Shown: positions 1-13,976 of the stretch, in pieces
Layout of the letters: each line of letters starts with the position of its first letter
How positions within the stretch are numbered: the stretch's first letter is position 1
NCBI RefSeq assembly: GCF_009914755.1
Contig: NC_060928.1
Length of the DNA stretch: 64,000 nt
Origin: the human T2T-CHM13v2.0 reference genome, Homo sapiens
Strand: one strand, 5' to 3'
Notes under the pieces: generated by a model
The model's input: only the letters and a program-made list of their open reading frames with translations
The model's database searches: none
Told to the model about the DNA's origin: nothing
Translations under genes and position numbers: made by a program

Positions 1-441
1 CACAGGTCTGTGTCTCTTAATATGCCAAAATGCTAAATCTGAGAAAGATCTCAAAGACCAGTCCTTTAGGTCTAACAATAGTGATGTTATTTATAGGAGC
101 AGTTGGGGAAGTTAACAAATCTTGTGACTTCCGGTTACATGACTCTAGGGCAATAAGCAACTATAGAAAAGCAAGCTAAGCAAGCAATGAATAGTTATTG
201 TTTAACCATGCATGTTCTTTAACAAAGTTCAGGCTTCTGCCATTATTCTAATCTTGTGGCTTTTTATTAGTTTTCACAAATACAGTTTCAATCTTTGAAA
301 AACGAATGGATCAGTTCAAGGAAAGGGCTATTATGTTCTCTGCACAAGAGTGGGCAAAAGCAATTTTGCCTGGTAGAAGCAAAATGGAGTCAATTATGTT
401 AAATTTCCCTTACTACTATAATTTTTCAAAAGGTGATTTCA
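1..441 (-). mobile_element. ERV1 (MER4-group, LTR8-like) LTR, cut off by window start
   Basis: Reverse complement begins TGAAATCACCTTTTGAAAAATTATAG...GACTCCATTTTGCTTCTACC, resembling the LTR8-group 5' end as I recall it. Confidence 0.6.
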
Positions 442-569
442 AAGCCTTTTAGCTTTTCACTTAATGTCCTGCTCACTGTTATTTCCTTAAGTTTTAAAAA
501 CAATTTCTGTCCCAAATGCCACTTTGCTTCTGCTAAGGGGAAGAAATCTGTATGGCCTGAAAAACACAG

Positions 570-800
570 AATTTAGAATCATAATATTAGTTCAAGGGGA
601 ATTCTCACAGCTCTTTGACCTCTAGCAAGTCATCTAACAGAGCTGAACTTCAGTTTTCTTGTTTTTGGAATGGGGATAGTAATTTCCACCCTGCAGGTTT
701 GTTGAGTGACTAAATTAAGCAGAAAAGGCAAAACTTCCAGCCAGGGCCTTGCTCCACTAAGGCACTCTGCTTGGGCTATGTACTTCAGCTATTATTATTC
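570..800 (+). mobile_element. MIR SINE (degenerate)
   Basis: Core motif gcaagtcatctaac...cttcagttttcttg...aatggggatagtaat; boundaries approximate. Confidence 0.6.
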
Positions 801-3294
801 TAATAATTTTAAAAAAGTATAATTTCATCTTTTTTTGGTTTGAAGTAGTAAACAATTTGTCATTTATAAAAATTTATTTGCTTTTGTATAGGTGAATTTG
901 GTGGTTTTATTTTCTCTTAGGTTTTCAGATAATGATGGAAATGGAGGGGTGCAGTGAAATTTTCTGATGCAGGTACATGTTTTAGGGAGAATAACTTATC
1001 ATTATGAGTACCAATATAATAGATTAGATAGGATGGCAATGGAAAAAAATGACCCAAGTAGAATTCTAACATAATAAAAAGGAGAAAGGTAAGAACAACA
1101 ACAAAACAGATTTCAAAACCATTTTTAAACCATTTTATGAATAAAGAGAAGAAGCAAAATAATGAGAACTACCTTGACTTCTGTAAGCCAACACTTAAAA
1201 TTATAAAGCCAATTGAATGTTAGAAGTTGAGGGGCCCTGAAAAGTCAAAGAGAGTTCTTCAATGCCCAGCACAGTCATGCCATTACAGCATCTCTGCTGG
1301 GTGGCATTTAAACTTTCTTTCCAGAGAGAAGCAGCTTATCTCCTTGTAAAATATTATAAGGCAGTTCTGATTGCTATAAAGTGCTTGTTCATTTGATCGA
1401 GGTGCCAATTGGCACAATCTATCACTCTCAGAGAGATCATATAAATGATCTTATCTTTTAAAAGAAAGTCTTCCAAATAGTCAAAAGATGGTCCTTACTT
1501 TAAATTAAACATCCTCTTCTCTCTTAACTGCTCTCTATAAGCTGCTAATAATTGCCTCAGAATGGAGAACCTGGAACAGACATGATTAACAAGTATTTTC
1601 TCATGCAACTGTCAAGCCATGTATCTTGTCCCTTACTGTTATGTTTTTTTTTTTCACCTAAAAGCAGATCATTTTGTTAATACCCGCATAAGGATTTAAG
1701 ACTGTATGATTTCAAAGATATGCTTTTCCTAGCATCATATTATTCTAATCACAGTCTAGGCTTCTGTCTGTAATGTTTTCACTCATTTCTGTGCATTGCA
1801 AACTTTAACTCAATTATCCAAACTCAGGCCCCTAACTTTTGCTCCCCAGGCACCACCTTGCCCCTGGAAACAGACAGTTCTTTATGATCTCAGATAACAG
1901 CTCTTGTATACATTTATTGGGAAGAAAGTGGAGGAAAAAGGTCAGGTTGTTGTCATTTGTAAGTTTCCTTCATTTTATTTAGAATAGTTTAAGCTTAACA
2001 GAGGGTTAACTATGTTAGCAATGCCTTCGAACCAAAAATATTTGAAATATTTTTGCAGAATTTACTCATGTTAAATTGATCTGAAAATGTTTAAGGATCA
2101 CATGTTTAGATGTTTCTAAGTAGTGCATCCTTTTTCTTAATCAGGAAATCCTATTAATCTCTCAAACTATATTTGTTTTCTAAGTTTTCAGTATAATACA
2201 ATTTTATTTCCTGAATAATAGAAATAAAAGAAATAGGTTTCTTTTGGTATTAGGTGTATCTAGACATTTTTAAACAAGAAAATTGGGTTTTTTCCTTTTT
2301 AAAGTATCAGGTAGCTCGCTTTCCATAAAGTTATAGTTTACTATATATTTTCTTATTGGATAGTGATCACAAAAATGAGTGCTTTCTTTAATAATATTTA
2401 GCAGACACATTTATGAAAGCAAACTAATATCACATTTCTTCTGAGTAGTTCCCTGAGGATTTTCTTATTTCCTCTTATTAAGAGGATTCTCCTATTGAGT
2501 TTTAAGGGCAGTGAGACTGCATAATATCTAGTGACCGAGTGGATTAATTTACATTATATTTAGAAACATAACCTCCCACATGTTATATCCAAGTTGTAGT
2601 CAACAGTTTTAGCTTTCATAAAAACAAGATTACTATTTTCTTTACCTAATACCCACATACTTTGACTAGGTTACTTTTTGCTGTTGTTTTTGTTTTTTAT
2701 CACCATTTTGTTTTGAACAATGTTACTGTGATTCTGTTTTTTTCTGATTAATGATAATAGTATGGTCAGCCCTAACACATTAATTAAACTCTCTTTCTTT
2801 CGTGATCTTTATTTTCTCAAGAATATAAATCAGTAAAGTCCCCAAAGTGCAAGAAAAGATTTTTGGTGTCATTGAACGTCAGGAAATTCAATATATGTAA
2901 TTGGAGCATGTATTGAAGTAATATGATGGAAGTCAGTTAAAAATAGATAGCCGTTGTAGTAATTTACTTTTCAACATGCATTTATCAGCACAGGAGTGCA
3001 TCAAAAAGCTCTTTTTGAAGCACTTGCATTTCCTGTCCTTATTCTTAAAGTTACTTTGAAATTTGAGAGGGAGGGGCATTGCAGCTGCTGGCCAAAGAGC
3101 TGCCAAATAAGACATACGTTTAAAGCAGAGAATGGTGCTAGATTCTTACTGAAAAGAACACACAAGGCCTGTTACCCTCATAAACAACTAAAAGCAAAAA
3201 TAGAGATTGTTGAATGACATTTAGGCTTAGAGGATTAGAGAATCAGAGAATCTTAATGATGGAAGAAGGTCTTTCTTTGCATCTATTAAGAAGA

Positions 3295-3618
3295 TTATCT
3301 GAGACTTTAACTCAGATGCCTTCTAGGCACAGGTGATATAAACTAGTGACATTCCAGGTGACTGGAATGTACATATCCATCCACAATACTATCAGGGAAT
3401 GCTGGCTGTGCTGTACACCATTAGATTTCTGAAGAAAAGAGAGAAATTTGGATTATAATGTGAACATTTCTGGGTCACTGAGCACAATTGCACAGATTGT
3501 GAAAGTACAGCTGCACAGCAGCATGCAGTGCCTTGTGACTATTTGTAAGCCAAACAAAAGATTGCATGAGGGTTAAATTCAACCCACCGGTAGGAAGTTT
3601 GCAACCCTGTGGTTTAGA
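3295..3618. mobile_element. Probable old hAT DNA-transposon fragment (MER102-like)
   Basis: Ends ...agtttgcaaccctgtggtttaga, similar to hAT-Charlie termini; weak recognition only. Confidence 0.3.
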
Positions 3619-4206
3619 CTGTTAGAAAGGTTTCATTATTATTATCAAACAGAAAAATCTGTTTTTCAGCAGCTTTGGTTCCCTGGATTTTGGGGTCATG
3701 TTGAATGAATGTAATCTTCATGCACACAAGTGTTTCAAATATTTGAAGTCAGTTATTCTATTTCTTTAGACCTAAATTTAGGGTCTAGGGAGACAATCAA
3801 AGAAATAAATTAGGTTAGTCTGTTATAAAAGAATGATAAAAAAATGTAAGGTGGCCCCTGGTCTTCACTTCTTTTCCATGTAAGTGCTAACAATTACTTT
3901 AGTAATGCATTTTAGAATATTGCCTTAAATTAAAGTCAAGAGGACTAGTGTATTGTTGGAGAATCTGTCAATCTCTGGCCTACCCGGTGGAGAGTTCTAA
4001 AGGTCTACCACCTGTGGACTCCTTCCTGCCAAGTCCTTGAACCCTTGAGAGTGTGGCTTGCAGGGTATTTGGTGAGTGGGATCCTAAAATAGTCTGTTGT
4101 GTCCACACCTGGTGTTCGGGGAACTTGGAGAGAATTTAGCCTCTTGATGACTTTATGAGCTTTAGATTACATCCTCTGTTGCTAATTCCCTCTGTGTTTG
4201 TGGCCA

Positions 4207-4570
4207 TGTTTTAGTCCATTTTCACGCTGCTGATAAAGACATACCCGAGACTGGGAAGAAAAAGAGGTGTAATGGACTTACGGTTCCACATGGCTGGGGA
4301 GGCCTCAGAATCATGGCAGGAGGTGAAAGGCACTTCTTACGCGGCAGTGGCAAGAGAAAATGAGGAAGATGCAAAAGCGGAAACCCCTGATAAAACCATC
4401 AGATCTCATGAGACTTATTCACTATATGACAGTATTCACTTATAACAGTATGGGGAAGCTGCCCCCCATGATTCAATTATCTCCCCCCAGCTCCCTCCCA
4501 CAACATATGGGAATTATGGGGTACAATTCAAGATGATATTTGGGTGGGGACACAAAGCCAAGCCCTATTA
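4207..4570 (-). mobile_element. THE1 (MaLR) solo LTR
   Basis: tgttttagtccattttcacgctgctgataaagacatacccgagactggg...gggtggggacaca; near-matching 5-bp TSD ggcca/ggcct. Confidence 0.9.
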
Positions 4571-4614
4571 GGCCTGTATCTGTTAGACTGAAAGGTCATG
4601 CTTAGAAAGAAGTA

Positions 4615-4830
4615 GTAAAGACTACTAAGTTTGTGCTGTGCGCAGTTCCAAGCGCTTGATGTATATTAAATCATTTAATCCTCACAATCACTCTGAGGTA
4701 TTAAACTTATTTTTACAGACAAGGGAACTGAGGACAAGAAACTTTGCCAAGGTTACACAGTTAACGATAAATCAGGGATTCCAACCCAGGCATTTGGCTT
4801 TGGGTTTGTGCATCTTCCGGAGTCTCAGAT
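4615..4830 (-). mobile_element. MIR SINE
   Basis: catttaatcctcacaat...ttttacagacaagggaactgagg...ttgccaaggttacacag...gggattccaacccagg. Confidence 0.8.
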
Positions 4831-5254
4831 GGTAGTGGAAGTCCAGGGACCTAGGGTAGACTATAGGAAGGAAGATGCTCTGTGAAAAACAACCACTTGG
4901 ATAGAGACGCTGATCCACTCTCTGCCCTACATCTGGCCTTAAGCCAGCCTGCTTGTGTGCTTCATACCACCTCTATACCAGTCCACAAGGACAATCGCAA
5001 ACACTCCTGGGTGTGCATGCAGTGGCCAAGGAAATCTTATTGCTTATTGCTGCCCAGCCTCACTTTCTCCTGTCTTCATCCAGTGTTGAACTCTGGCCTC
5101 TGCAGTCACAGTCTACCCTGACTTTAGAAGTTGCTGTTTGTGTTTGGTCCCCTCTACATTTGAACCTTGCCTTGATCTGACTAGCTTTGCCTTTCCAGCA
5201 TTTAATGCCTCCTGCTGGTGTGGCCCTGCCATGAACCCCAAGTCAATATAAGTT

Positions 5255-5430
5255 TGCATTTGGATTCCACAACCTCATCAATGGCTGTGAGTCTTTGAAG
5301 AAGTTAAGTATGCCTTTGAGGTTTACCCCTCAGGAAAATGAAGAAATTATATCTTGCTTATTGGATTATGAAGATTAACCAGCAACATTCTAGTACAGTG
5401 TCTAGTACAAAGTAAGTGTTCAAATGATAC
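5255..5430 (+). mobile_element. MIR SINE (degenerate)
   Basis: ggctgtgagtctttgaagaagttaag...tagtacaaagtaagtgttcaa. Confidence 0.5.
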
Positions 5431-6309
5431 TTCTTCTTATGAAGTGGGCCATCCTAGGCCTTGAATTGAAGGATAGAGCATTGAAGAAGCAGGGCTGTGT
5501 GGAATTCATGTGCCAGAAGAGTGGCAATTAATTTCCCACGTGGGCAGTGGCAGTGCAGCCAGTAGCAACACTTGGATGCTTGCAAGGAAGTCACTGGGTT
5601 AGAAAGTATGAACATTTCAGGCCTCTTCATCCTTATTTAATATGTTCTTAGAAAGGCTACTTTAACTTAACATTGCTGCAGCTATGAACATATCCAATCT
5701 TAGTCCATTACTTCTATAACCTGTGTTTCTATAACACTCATTACCTCAAAAGCTATTGTTAAATAGGGGGAAGATATCAATAGGACATGGAATTTGGTCT
5801 GGTCATAAGCAATTTCACCACAGTTGCCTACAAGTCACAAAACTGAGTGTAAATTACATGAACACAGTGGGAGGCAGCAAGCCTCAGATGAAGATGCTCT
5901 ATGGAGCCCATTCACCTCCTGGGGTTCCTCTAGGATCAATTTGGTTGTACTTGAAAGTGCATATTGTTGGGTTCTCCCTATCCTTTTCTTTTTGTCCTTG
6001 TTTTCATGATTCAACAAGGAGATCCTTCCTTACACACCCTTTCATTTTTAGCTTTCACTTTTTCTTTTAATAGTAAAATCCTACATTTACTACTGTAACA
6101 TTTCTTTACGGTTGTAGCTTTTTGTTTGCTCGGTTAGGACTGTTATTATTTTTGTTAGTGCTCTGGTTACAATATCGGTTTTGAGTGACTAACTCTAATC
6201 ATAATTTTTTCTGTGAATGCTGTTATTTTTAGAATGCAGTTTGGCAGAAAGGACGATTTCTTAGGAATGTTGTATTAGAATAAACAGAAGCACTGGTAAT
6301 TCCTTCACT

Positions 6310-6457
6310 TGCCCAGTCACATCAAATCCCAGAGAGATTTGTTAAACACAGAATTGACCTCAGATCTGATTCACAATCTCCCAGGGGTAGCTCTGGAAAT
6401 TTGTTAATTTGTGACCCAGGTGATTCCCACGTTACACAAATTAGGGAAACTCTGCTC
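6310..6457. mobile_element. MER5-type hAT MITE
   Basis: cacatcaaatccca...cccaggtgattc...ttagggaaactctgctcta. Confidence 0.6.
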
Positions 6458-8142
6458 TACCTTGGTTGGGAATAGGCATGCTTTTTTTTAACATTAATAT
6501 TTTTTACATTTATTTTTACATCAACACAGTATTGCTTTCAATTAATACCCTCCCCTTGTTTTTATTAATTAGTTACAGCTCTACTACTTTATGATCTAAA
6601 TTGTCCTGATCTGTACAAGGATGCTTCACTCTGCCTAGTTTTATTTGCAAAGGTCCTTTCTAAGGCAAGTATTCACAGACTTCATTTTATTTGCTCATGA
6701 TAACATTGAATCCAACCACCCTGTGTAAAGGACTGGCTCATATTTCCTATCATATATTATCAAATATTATAAAATAACAAAAGCTTTCATTTAAATGATT
6801 TAGACAGGATACATGAGTTTTTAAACTGCCTTATAAATAAGTGCAAATCTTGTGAAGATAGGGGTCAGGTGAGAAGTAGAATAAATAAAGGTGATGGGGG
6901 AAAAGTGCTTACTAACAGAAGCTTTAAACGCAACTACATAGAAAGGCACGTTGAAGAGATAGTTTTTGTTTGTTTGCTTGTTTGTTTTCACATTTTTTGC
7001 TTGCTTTCTTGGTCTAGTCCTGAATTTTTTAAAGAGGAAACTTTGTTTTGTTTATTTTTCCTACTTGAATTAAAGTATAGAAAAGACACATTACAAGACT
7101 ATCATAAAAGGTTTGTTGTAAACTGTGTAATTTGTTGTAATACTCTGGAAACTCAGAGTAATAAAGATAAACCAACTTATAATGGCAATGCTTGGATTCC
7201 AGAAATACTTTTTTTCCATAACAACCTTGTTCATTGCTCTTCTACTTACACCTCTGAGGCCAGAAACCCCACAGTTTATATCAGCATTCAACTGGATTTA
7301 CTGTTACTTCCTCTGCTTATTAAAGACAAACACAACATATACCAGTCAATAAGCAAAAAGAAATCATTTTTAAACTAATAAAATTCCACTCTTTGCAATG
7401 ATTTAAAAGTTGCTAGATGAAAGAATTTGAAAGTGCAGCCATTTGAGTTGATTACTATGAAAAACTAAAGCAATACTTTTCAGGGCTTCCAATCAAGAGC
7501 AGCTTTGAACTTTGGCTCCCATCGTGCACATCAGTAATTCTGTGACTCAGGCAAATAAAGTATTCTTCGCCCCCACACGATCTGGGAGAGGCCATCTGGT
7601 GTGGTGCTATACTCAATAATATGTTATTTTGGGCCTCTACTTCAACTGGGACCCTTTACATTTGTAGACTGATTATTAAAAATCAGTTTTCTCATTGTCT
7701 GTTGTTTTTCATCACACCTAAGATCATAAGTGGAGAGTCTTGGGCATACAAAAGTTTGGAGAGCTGGTACTGCCATTTAGGGAGTTATCCTTATGTCATT
7801 TTCAGTGAGTCAGGTCAAAACTTCCTGGCTGTTCTCTCCAGCCTCTACAAATACATGAGACCCTAGCAAAGCCTTTTTCACTGGCAAACACTTCCTTTGT
7901 TTATTTACAGATTCATGCTATGCTAGTTAGACTTATGTTTGATATGTCAGAATTGTTCCACACAAACCTGAGAACACTGTGATGTAAGTTACCCGAATGA
8001 GATTGATGCAGAGCTGAGACCAACAAGAGCCCTAATAATTTGGAATTTAAAATGTTGCAGACTTAACTCCTTTCCATCACTTCAAACAGACATTAATTTC
8101 TCATTTCCACGTTTCTACATTCACCTTAAAAGGAGTGGCAAT

Positions 8143-8300
8143 TGTAATGGATGCCACTGTGTGCCATACAGGTCCAGGACACTCATCTACTCAAAAACTG
8201 GATGTTTTGGTGGCTGACAACTTTCAGCTGAGACCTTCTGCAGGCAGTACCCTCACCCAAAGTTATGTCCCTTCTTGGAGGCAGCCATTCCAATAAAAAG
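8143..8300 (+). mobile_element. ERVL LTR fragment (LTR16-like)
   Basis: tgtaatggatgcc...gctgacaactttcagctgagacctt...cccaaagttatgtccctt, similar to the element at 12625. Confidence 0.4.
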
Positions 8301-9422
8301 TCGCAATCTTCCATCCAGTTTCCAGAATTAAGTCAATATTTAGAATAAAACCTATATACAAGCATATTTTGGTGATATTGTGGATATCATTCCAGACTAC
8401 CACAATAAAGCAAATATTGCAATAAAGAGAGTCCCAGAAATGTTTTGGTTTCTCGGTGCACATAAAAGATATGTTTGCATTATAGTGCAGTCTCTTAAAC
8501 AATGTACACCCTTTAATTTAAAAATACTTTATTGCTAAAATATGCTAATGATCATCTGAACCTTCAGGGAGTCGTAATCTTTTTGGTGGTGGAGGAGGGT
8601 CTTGTCTCAATGTTGGTAGTTGCTGACTGATCAGGGTGGTGGTTGCTGAAGGTTGGCATGGCTGTGGCAATTTCTGAAAATAAAACAACAATGAAGTTTG
8701 CCACATCAACTGATTTCTCCTTTCACAAAAGGATTTCCTGTAGCACGTGATGCTGTTTCATAGCATTTGACTCATAGTAGAACTTCTTTCCAAATTGGAG
8801 TCAATCCTCTCAAACACTGCCATTGTTTTATCAACTAACTTTATGGAATATTCTAAATCCTTTGTTGTCATTTCAGCAATGTTCACAGCATCTTCACCAC
8901 GAGTAGATTCCATCTCAAGAAACCATTCTTTGCTCATCCATAAGAGGCTACACCTCATCTGTTCAAGTTTTATTGCAGCAATTCGGTCCATCTTTAGGCT
9001 CCACTTCTAATTTTGGTTTTCTTGCTAATTTTACCACAGCTGCAGTAACTTCCTTCACGGAAATCTTGAACCCCTCAAAGTTATCCATAAGGATTGAAAT
9101 CAACTTCTTCCAAATTCCTGTTAATATTGATATTTTGGCTTCCTCCCATAAATTACAATGCTCTTAATGGCACCTAGAATAGTGAATCCTTTCCAGAGGG
9201 TTTAAAGTTACATCCAGATTTATCAGAGGAACTACTATCTATGGCAGCTAAAACTTTACAAAATGTATTATTGAAATAATAAGACTTAAAAGTTGAAATT
9301 GCTCTTTGATCCATGGGCCGCAGAATGGATGTTGTGTTAGCAGGCATGAAAACAACATTAATCTTCTTGTACATCTTCATCAGAGCTCTTGGGTGACTAG
9401 GGGTATTGTAAATAAGCTGTAA

Positions 9423-9767
<345 letters not shown>

Positions 9768-10207
9768 CCTGTTTTTGTTTTATGAGCAGTAGGTTTCAAT
9801 GGGGGGTTTAAAGTATTCAGTAAGCCATTCTGTAAACAGATGTGCTGTCATCCAGGCTTTGTTATTCCATTTATAGAGCACAGGTAGAGTATACTGAGCA
9901 TTTTCCTTAAGGGTCCTAAGATTTTTGGAACGGTAAATGAGCATTGGCTTTAACTTGAAGTCACCAGCTGCGTTAGTCTTTAATATGAGAGTCAGCCTGC
10001 TCTTAGAAGCTTTGAAGCTTGGCATTGATTTCTCCTCTCTAGCTATGAAAGTCCTAGATGGCATCTTCTCCCAATAAAAAGCTATTTCTTTTCCATTGAA
10101 AACCTGTTGTTTGCAGTAGGCACCTTCTTCAATGATCTTAGCTAGATCTCCTGGATAACTTGCTGCAGTTTCTATGTCAGCACCTGCTGCTTTACCTTGC
10201 ACTTTTA

Positions 10208-10513
<306 letters not shown>

Positions 10514-11845
10514 ACCTTGCACTTTTACATTAAGGAAATAGCTTGTTTCATTAAACCTAATGAACCAACCACTGCTGGCTTCCAACTTTTCTTCTGCAGC
10601 TTTCTTACCTCTCTCAGCCTTTATAGAACTGATGAGAGTTAGGGTCTTGCTCCAGATTAGGTTTTGGCTTAAGGGAATGTTAGGCTATTTTGATCTTCTA
10701 TTTAGACCACTGAAACGTTCTACCCATTAACAATTAGGCTGTTTGGATTTCTTATGATTCATGTGTTCAGGAGCAGCACTTTAAATTTCCGTCAAGAAAT
10801 TTTCTTTGCATTCACAGCTTAGCTAACTGTTTGGCACAAGAGGTCTACATTCTGCTCTGTCTTGGCTTTTTCATGACATGCCTTCTTCACTAAGCTTCAC
10901 TTGGCTTTTTTTGTGACATGCCTTCTTCACTAAGCTTAATTATTTCTGGCTTTTGATTTAAAGTCAGAAATATGTGAATCTTCTTTTCAACTGAACACTT
11001 AGAAGCCATTGCAGAGTTATTAATTGGCCTAATTTTAGTATCATTGTGTCTCAGGGAAAAAGGGGTCTTGAGGAGAGGGAGAGAGGTGGGGGAAGGGCTG
11101 GTTGGAGGTGCAGTTGGGATACACACAACCTTTATCAATTAAGTTTGCCATCTCATATGGGTGTGGTTCGTGGTGCTCCCAAAAAATTACAATAGTAAGA
11201 TAAAAGATCACTGATCACAGATCACCAAAACAGATAAAATAATGAAAAAGTTTGAGGTATTGTGTGAATTACCGAAATGTGACACAGAGACTTGAGTGAG
11301 CACAACCTGTTGGAAAAATGGTGCTGATAGACTTGCTTGACACAAGGTTTCTACAAACCTTCAATTTGTAAAACACTCAATATCTGCAAAGCTCAATAAA
11401 TAGGAGTGCAATAAAATGACGTGTGCCTATACTAAAGGGGAGGATGAACATTTTGGAGGAAAAAATTCAGCAATCCCATGGCAAGTGTATAGAATATTGA
11501 TGCCCCTAGTCCTTCCCCAAAGTGACCTATAGCCGTTTGTCTGGGTTGCTGTACAGTAGAAATGGAGAATGTGTAATTTCAAAGTCTTTTGGACACAGAG
11601 TCTATGACAGTTATGTGTCAATTTGCCTGGGCCACAGTGCGCAGATATTTGCTCAAACTTTATTTTGGATGTTTCTGCAGAGGTTTTTGTTTCTTTGTTT
11701 TAATATGGGATTAACATTTCATTTATTAGACTCTGAGTAAGCAGATTACCTTTCATAATGTGGGGGGCCTCATCCAATCAGTAGAAAGCCTAGATAGAAT
11801 GGGCTGACCTTCACCAGGCAAAAAGGAATTCTCCCAGCAAACTGC

Positions 11846-12245
11846 TGTTAAATGAAGTTTAGCCTAAAGCCACTTCCTTACATAGTTTAAATTTGGCCTG
11901 AAGGTTTCTCCATACATAGTAAACTATAACCTAACTGGATGTGTAAACAGGCTGTAACCTACTTATCTACCAATCACCAAGTTTTGGTCAATCAACGGCA
12001 GCCAATTGTTCAAACCATATTCAAATAAGTCAAATGCCAGGCTGTAACCAATCTGTCTGTTTCTGTATCTCACTTCCATTTTCTGTATGTTACTTTTTTC
12101 CTTTTTCTATCCATAAATCATCTTCAACCACAAGGCAATGCTGGAGTCTCCCTGAATCTATTCTGGTTTGAGGGCTGCCTGATTTGCTAATTGTTCTTAG
12201 TTCAATTAAACTTTGTTAAATTTATCTAAGGTTTTTCTTTTAACA
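11846..12245 (+). mobile_element. MER57-type ERV1 solo LTR
   Basis: TGTTAAATGAAGTTTAGCCTAAAG...TTTTAACA, 4-bp TSD ctgc; homologous to 43694-44088. Confidence 0.85.
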
Positions 12246-12247
12246 CT

Positions 12248-12252
<5 letters not shown>

Positions 12253-12299
<47 letters not shown>
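12253..12299. repeat. (CA)n microsatellite
   Basis: ~23 CA units. Confidence 0.98.
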
Positions 12300-12302
<3 letters not shown>

Positions 12303-12624
12303 GCACTTGTCAGCTGGTTTTGTTTTCTGAGAACCCTTACTAATACAGGGTCTGAGTTGACATTTGATAACCTGAAACTTAAAAAGCATCATAATGACCC
12401 CTGAGTTATTACTAGTTTAAATGGGGTCCAGGGCTAGGTCCAGGTCACAGTGTGTCCACTGATTTCATGGATGTGGGAGGGCTATAGTTGGCCCCATCAA
12501 GCTTTTTTTCTGTCAGTTTTCCCAGTAAAATAGACCAATTAAAATCCTGGAAGAGCTAGGCCCAGAACTTATTATATAACATAAGTGGATCCAAATAGCA
12601 TAAGCAAAGGACGAGGGTGGACAC

Positions 12625-13076
12625 TGTGATGTGCCACCCAGGTTCCCTCTTCATGTCTGGAGCAAGCATAACCCCTCCTGATGGAAGTGTCGGGAACTGA
12701 CTGCTCACAGACGAGCCAACACTTCAGGAATTGCTTTCCATTGAAAAGAGCTGCCTTGTCCAAAGGCACACACCCCAACCCTGTGGCAGCTCATTTCTAG
12801 TGTCTAGTCAGAGGGGCAGCAGATAGAGGTCAAACCTTCTTGCCTCAGGGTAATTAACTCCAAATGGCATCCTAACTCTAAAGTTCCCTGAAACATCAGT
12901 TAAGAGCCTTTTTCTTTTTCTTTCCTTTTTTTTTTGAGATTGTATCAACTATTCAACCATTTCCTCTGCTCAGTCCGACTCCCTTCTCTTCCAGTGGTGT
13001 TGACTGGAAGGACATTAACTTCCTGCTTGCAAATCTCCATCTCAGTGTCTATTTCCTGGGAACCCTACTTAAGACA
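12625..13076 (+). mobile_element. LTR16-like ERVL LTR
   Basis: Ends caaatctccatctcagtgtctatttcctgggaaccctacttaagaca. Confidence 0.65.
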
Positions 13077-13749
13077 GTTATTAAAATGGAAATAATGCTA
13101 GATGTAAGATGTGTGGTTGCTATCTTGTTTAAGGTTCTCTAAGTTCTCTCATTGCCTATTGTGGGTGACAATATTGCCTTCTATATTAAACAAGCAGCAG
13201 AAAAGCCTGAATACCAGAAATTTACTGATACCCTCCTTTTTCTCTTCCTTAGACTCATATACCAAAGCCCGTTCATTTTTCCTTGTAATGACCCTTGAGC
13301 TAATTATTATTATCATTATTATTATTTTAACATAAAGTGTTTCTATTCTAATTTAGATATGTCTGCCCTCCTACCTAGGCTACCTCAATAGGTTTTTCAC
13401 TGACCTCATGCCTCTTGACTCTTAAAGGCTATTAAATTATTATATATAATATTGTCTGATTGATTTACCCAAAATTCTATGTTGTAAAAGCTTATAAACA
13501 TGAAAGTGCTCAACCACGTAACTAACTATACATTTCTTAGTGTGGCATCCCAAAAGCCTCCACATTGCAGTCCATATTCACCTCTTACTAATATGTTTAA
13601 CAAAGAAATTACTAAACATTGACGAAGATAAAAATCCAAGTCTCTGCCTTCAAGTTGCTCAGAGTAATTTCAAAACTTTTTCTGTTGCCACATTATTTCT
13701 ATGTAAAACTCTATGCCTTGAGTAAATCCCCTTATGAATAATCAGTCCT

Positions 13750-13925
13750 TTAAAATATTATAAAATATTCAAGCAAATAGAAACATATAGAGAATGAGAA
13801 AATAACTGCATTCCAGATTAGAGATATTCTTATACTGATTTTTCAGGTCTCATTCCGTGCTTTCTCTGGGGGTAACTATTACACTGAATTTGGACTTTAT
13901 TTTTTACGTTTATGCTTTACAATGT

Positions 13926-13976
<51 letters not shown>

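Larger units (their letters stand above)
11600..12347 (+). mobile_element. MLT2 (ERVL) LTR interrupted by MER57
   Basis: tatgtgtcaatttgcctgggccac...cctcatccaatcagtagaa; ends gagaacccttactaataca with internal (CA)n. Confidence 0.8.

Noticed and set aside
6869-7378. 169-aa plus-strand ORF
   Set aside because: GTG start, low-complexity T-rich content, no recognisable homology or exon structure
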